Assembly: GCA_051294375.1 (NCBI GenBank)
Contig: JBJCIZ010000378.1
Location: forward strand, 16,489 to 66,804
Source: Paraspadella gotoi
Taxonomy: Eukaryota; Animalia; Chaetognatha
Length of the DNA stretch: 50,316 nt
Direction of reading: 5' to 3'
In this document: piece by piece, positions 49,019-50,316 of the stretch
How the letters are laid out: each line of letters starts with the position of its first letter
Numbering within the stretch: position 1 is the stretch's first letter
The notes under the pieces: generated by a model
The model's database searches: none
Told to the model about the DNA's origin: nothing
Seen by the model: the letters and a program-made list of their open reading frames with translations, nothing else
Position numbers and translations under genes: made by a program

Positions 49019-49216
49019 GTAATTAATTAATCAATAATTAATTCGTAATTAATCAATTAGTACAATTATTAATCAATAATCTAATTAATCAAATTAATTA
49101 ATTCAATCCGTTAATTAATCATCAAAACAAACATTTTGGATCAAATTAATTGCATAATTCATAATTAATTAAATAATTAACTTGAATAAATTAATTATTA
49201 ATTAATTAATTAATTA
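49019..49216. repeat. (TAAT)-rich low-complexity tract
   Basis: Repeated AATTAATT/AATC words. Confidence 0.85.
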
Positions 49217-49379
49217 CCGATAAAGATCGTGGGCAGATCCGACATTGTTTGCTCAAACTTGTTTATTATTTTTGGTCTTGCTGTTGAGAGATCGTCTGGG
49301 AGTCTTGTCAGATGCAGTTGAGCCTCTCTCACGACGAGACTTTCCTACCCTGCGACTCGGGAGAGCCAAGTCTCTCTAC

Positions 49380-49465
49380 AGAGAAAGAGAGAGAGTAAGA
49401 GAGAAGAGAGAGAGAGAAGAGAGAGAGAAAGAAGAGAGAGAAAGAGAAAAAAAGAGAGAGAGAGA
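49380..49465. repeat. Imperfect (GA)n microsatellite
   Basis: Direct reading. Confidence 0.95.
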
Positions 49466-49834
49466 TAAAAATACGTATAATAACCGAAAATTAACTAAAA
49501 ACAACGCGCTCTTTTCCCTTTCTATTTTTCTCTTCTTCGATCTTCATTATGCATGAGAAATGAGGAAACCAACCACTGACCAAGATTGACAAAATATGTG
49601 TTTTGCATGTTGTAGTTTTAGAAACATATTCCTTTAAAATATTTTAATAAATATAAATATTTTGAAAGCTAAAAAAGAAAAATTTCTTTAAAATATGTAT
49701 GTTTAAATTATATCAATTTTAATAATTATAAAATAAAAACAATTTAGAATATTTTTTAGAGTTTAGACTAATCATTAAATTGGTGACACTAATCGGAGGT
49801 GGGTGGGGATGTGGCTAAGGGCGGATTGAAAATA

Positions 49835-50316
49835 TGGCAGTGGTTTTAGGAGATAGGCGGACGGAGGAAGGAGCAGGCGTTAAGAGGTCTTTTTGAAAAT
49901 CAGGCAGTGTGTAGGAGATAGGCGGACGGAGGAAGGAGCAGGGCGTTAACCTGGAGGTCTTTTGAAAAATCAGGCAGTGTGTAGGAGATAGGCGGACGGA
50001 GGAAGGAGCAGGGCGTTAACCTGGAGGTCTTTTTGAAAATCAGGCAGTGTGTAGGAGATAGGGCGGACGGAGGAAGGAGCAGGGCGTTAACCTGGAGGTC
50101 TTTTTGAAAAATCGGCAGTGTGTAGGAGATAGGCGGACGGAGGAAGGAGCAGGGCGTTAACCTGGAGGTCTTTTTTGAAAAATGCGGCAGTGTGTAGGAG
50201 ATAGGCGGACGGAGGAAGGAGCAGGGCGTTAACCTGGAGGTCTTTTTGAAAAATCGGGCAGTGTGTAGGAGATAGCGCGGACGGAGGACGACAGGAAGGC
50301 AGGTGCCGGTTAACCG
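49835..50316. repeat. 70-72-bp GC-rich tandem repeat, ~7 copies, running off the window end
   Basis: CAGGCAGTGT at 49901, 49971 and 50041; unit GGCAGTGTGTAGGAGATAGGCGGACGGAGGAAGGAGCAGGGCGTTAACCTGGAGGTCTTTTTGAAAAATCA. Confidence 0.97.

Overview
AT-rich, repeat-dense eukaryotic (probably invertebrate) genomic DNA from a gap-filled assembly, with no prokaryotic features. Bases 1-23.8 kb hold three or four overlapping copies of one locus: an ORF with a 45-aa coiled-coil repeat and a BEL/Pao-type triple zinc knuckle, with no visible capsid or pol. It is followed by a ~6.5-kb block and a ~50-bp satellite. The apparent inversions there vanish if each block next to a 25-N gap is reverse-complemented, so they are probably assembly artefacts. 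Bases 29-36 kb are satellite interrupted by DNA-transposon insertions. Bases 37.3-39.9 kb are a 5'-truncated Penelope-like element (GIY-YIG endonuclease, inverted pLTRs, 14-bp TSD, two minimal hammerhead ribozymes) with a nested TTAA-flanked Kolobok-like element and a SINE. Bases 40.5-45 kb look like the 3' end of a minus-strand Gypsy-type LTR element (integrase C-terminus, PPT, TGTTA...TAACA LTR). Between its integrase and PPT is an antisense, apparently spliced unit that the ORF track misses. It can encode a signal-peptide type I membrane protein and a 114-aa protein with reovirus p10 FAST-fusogen-like architecture; this is the most interesting signal. All calls were made by eye without database searches.
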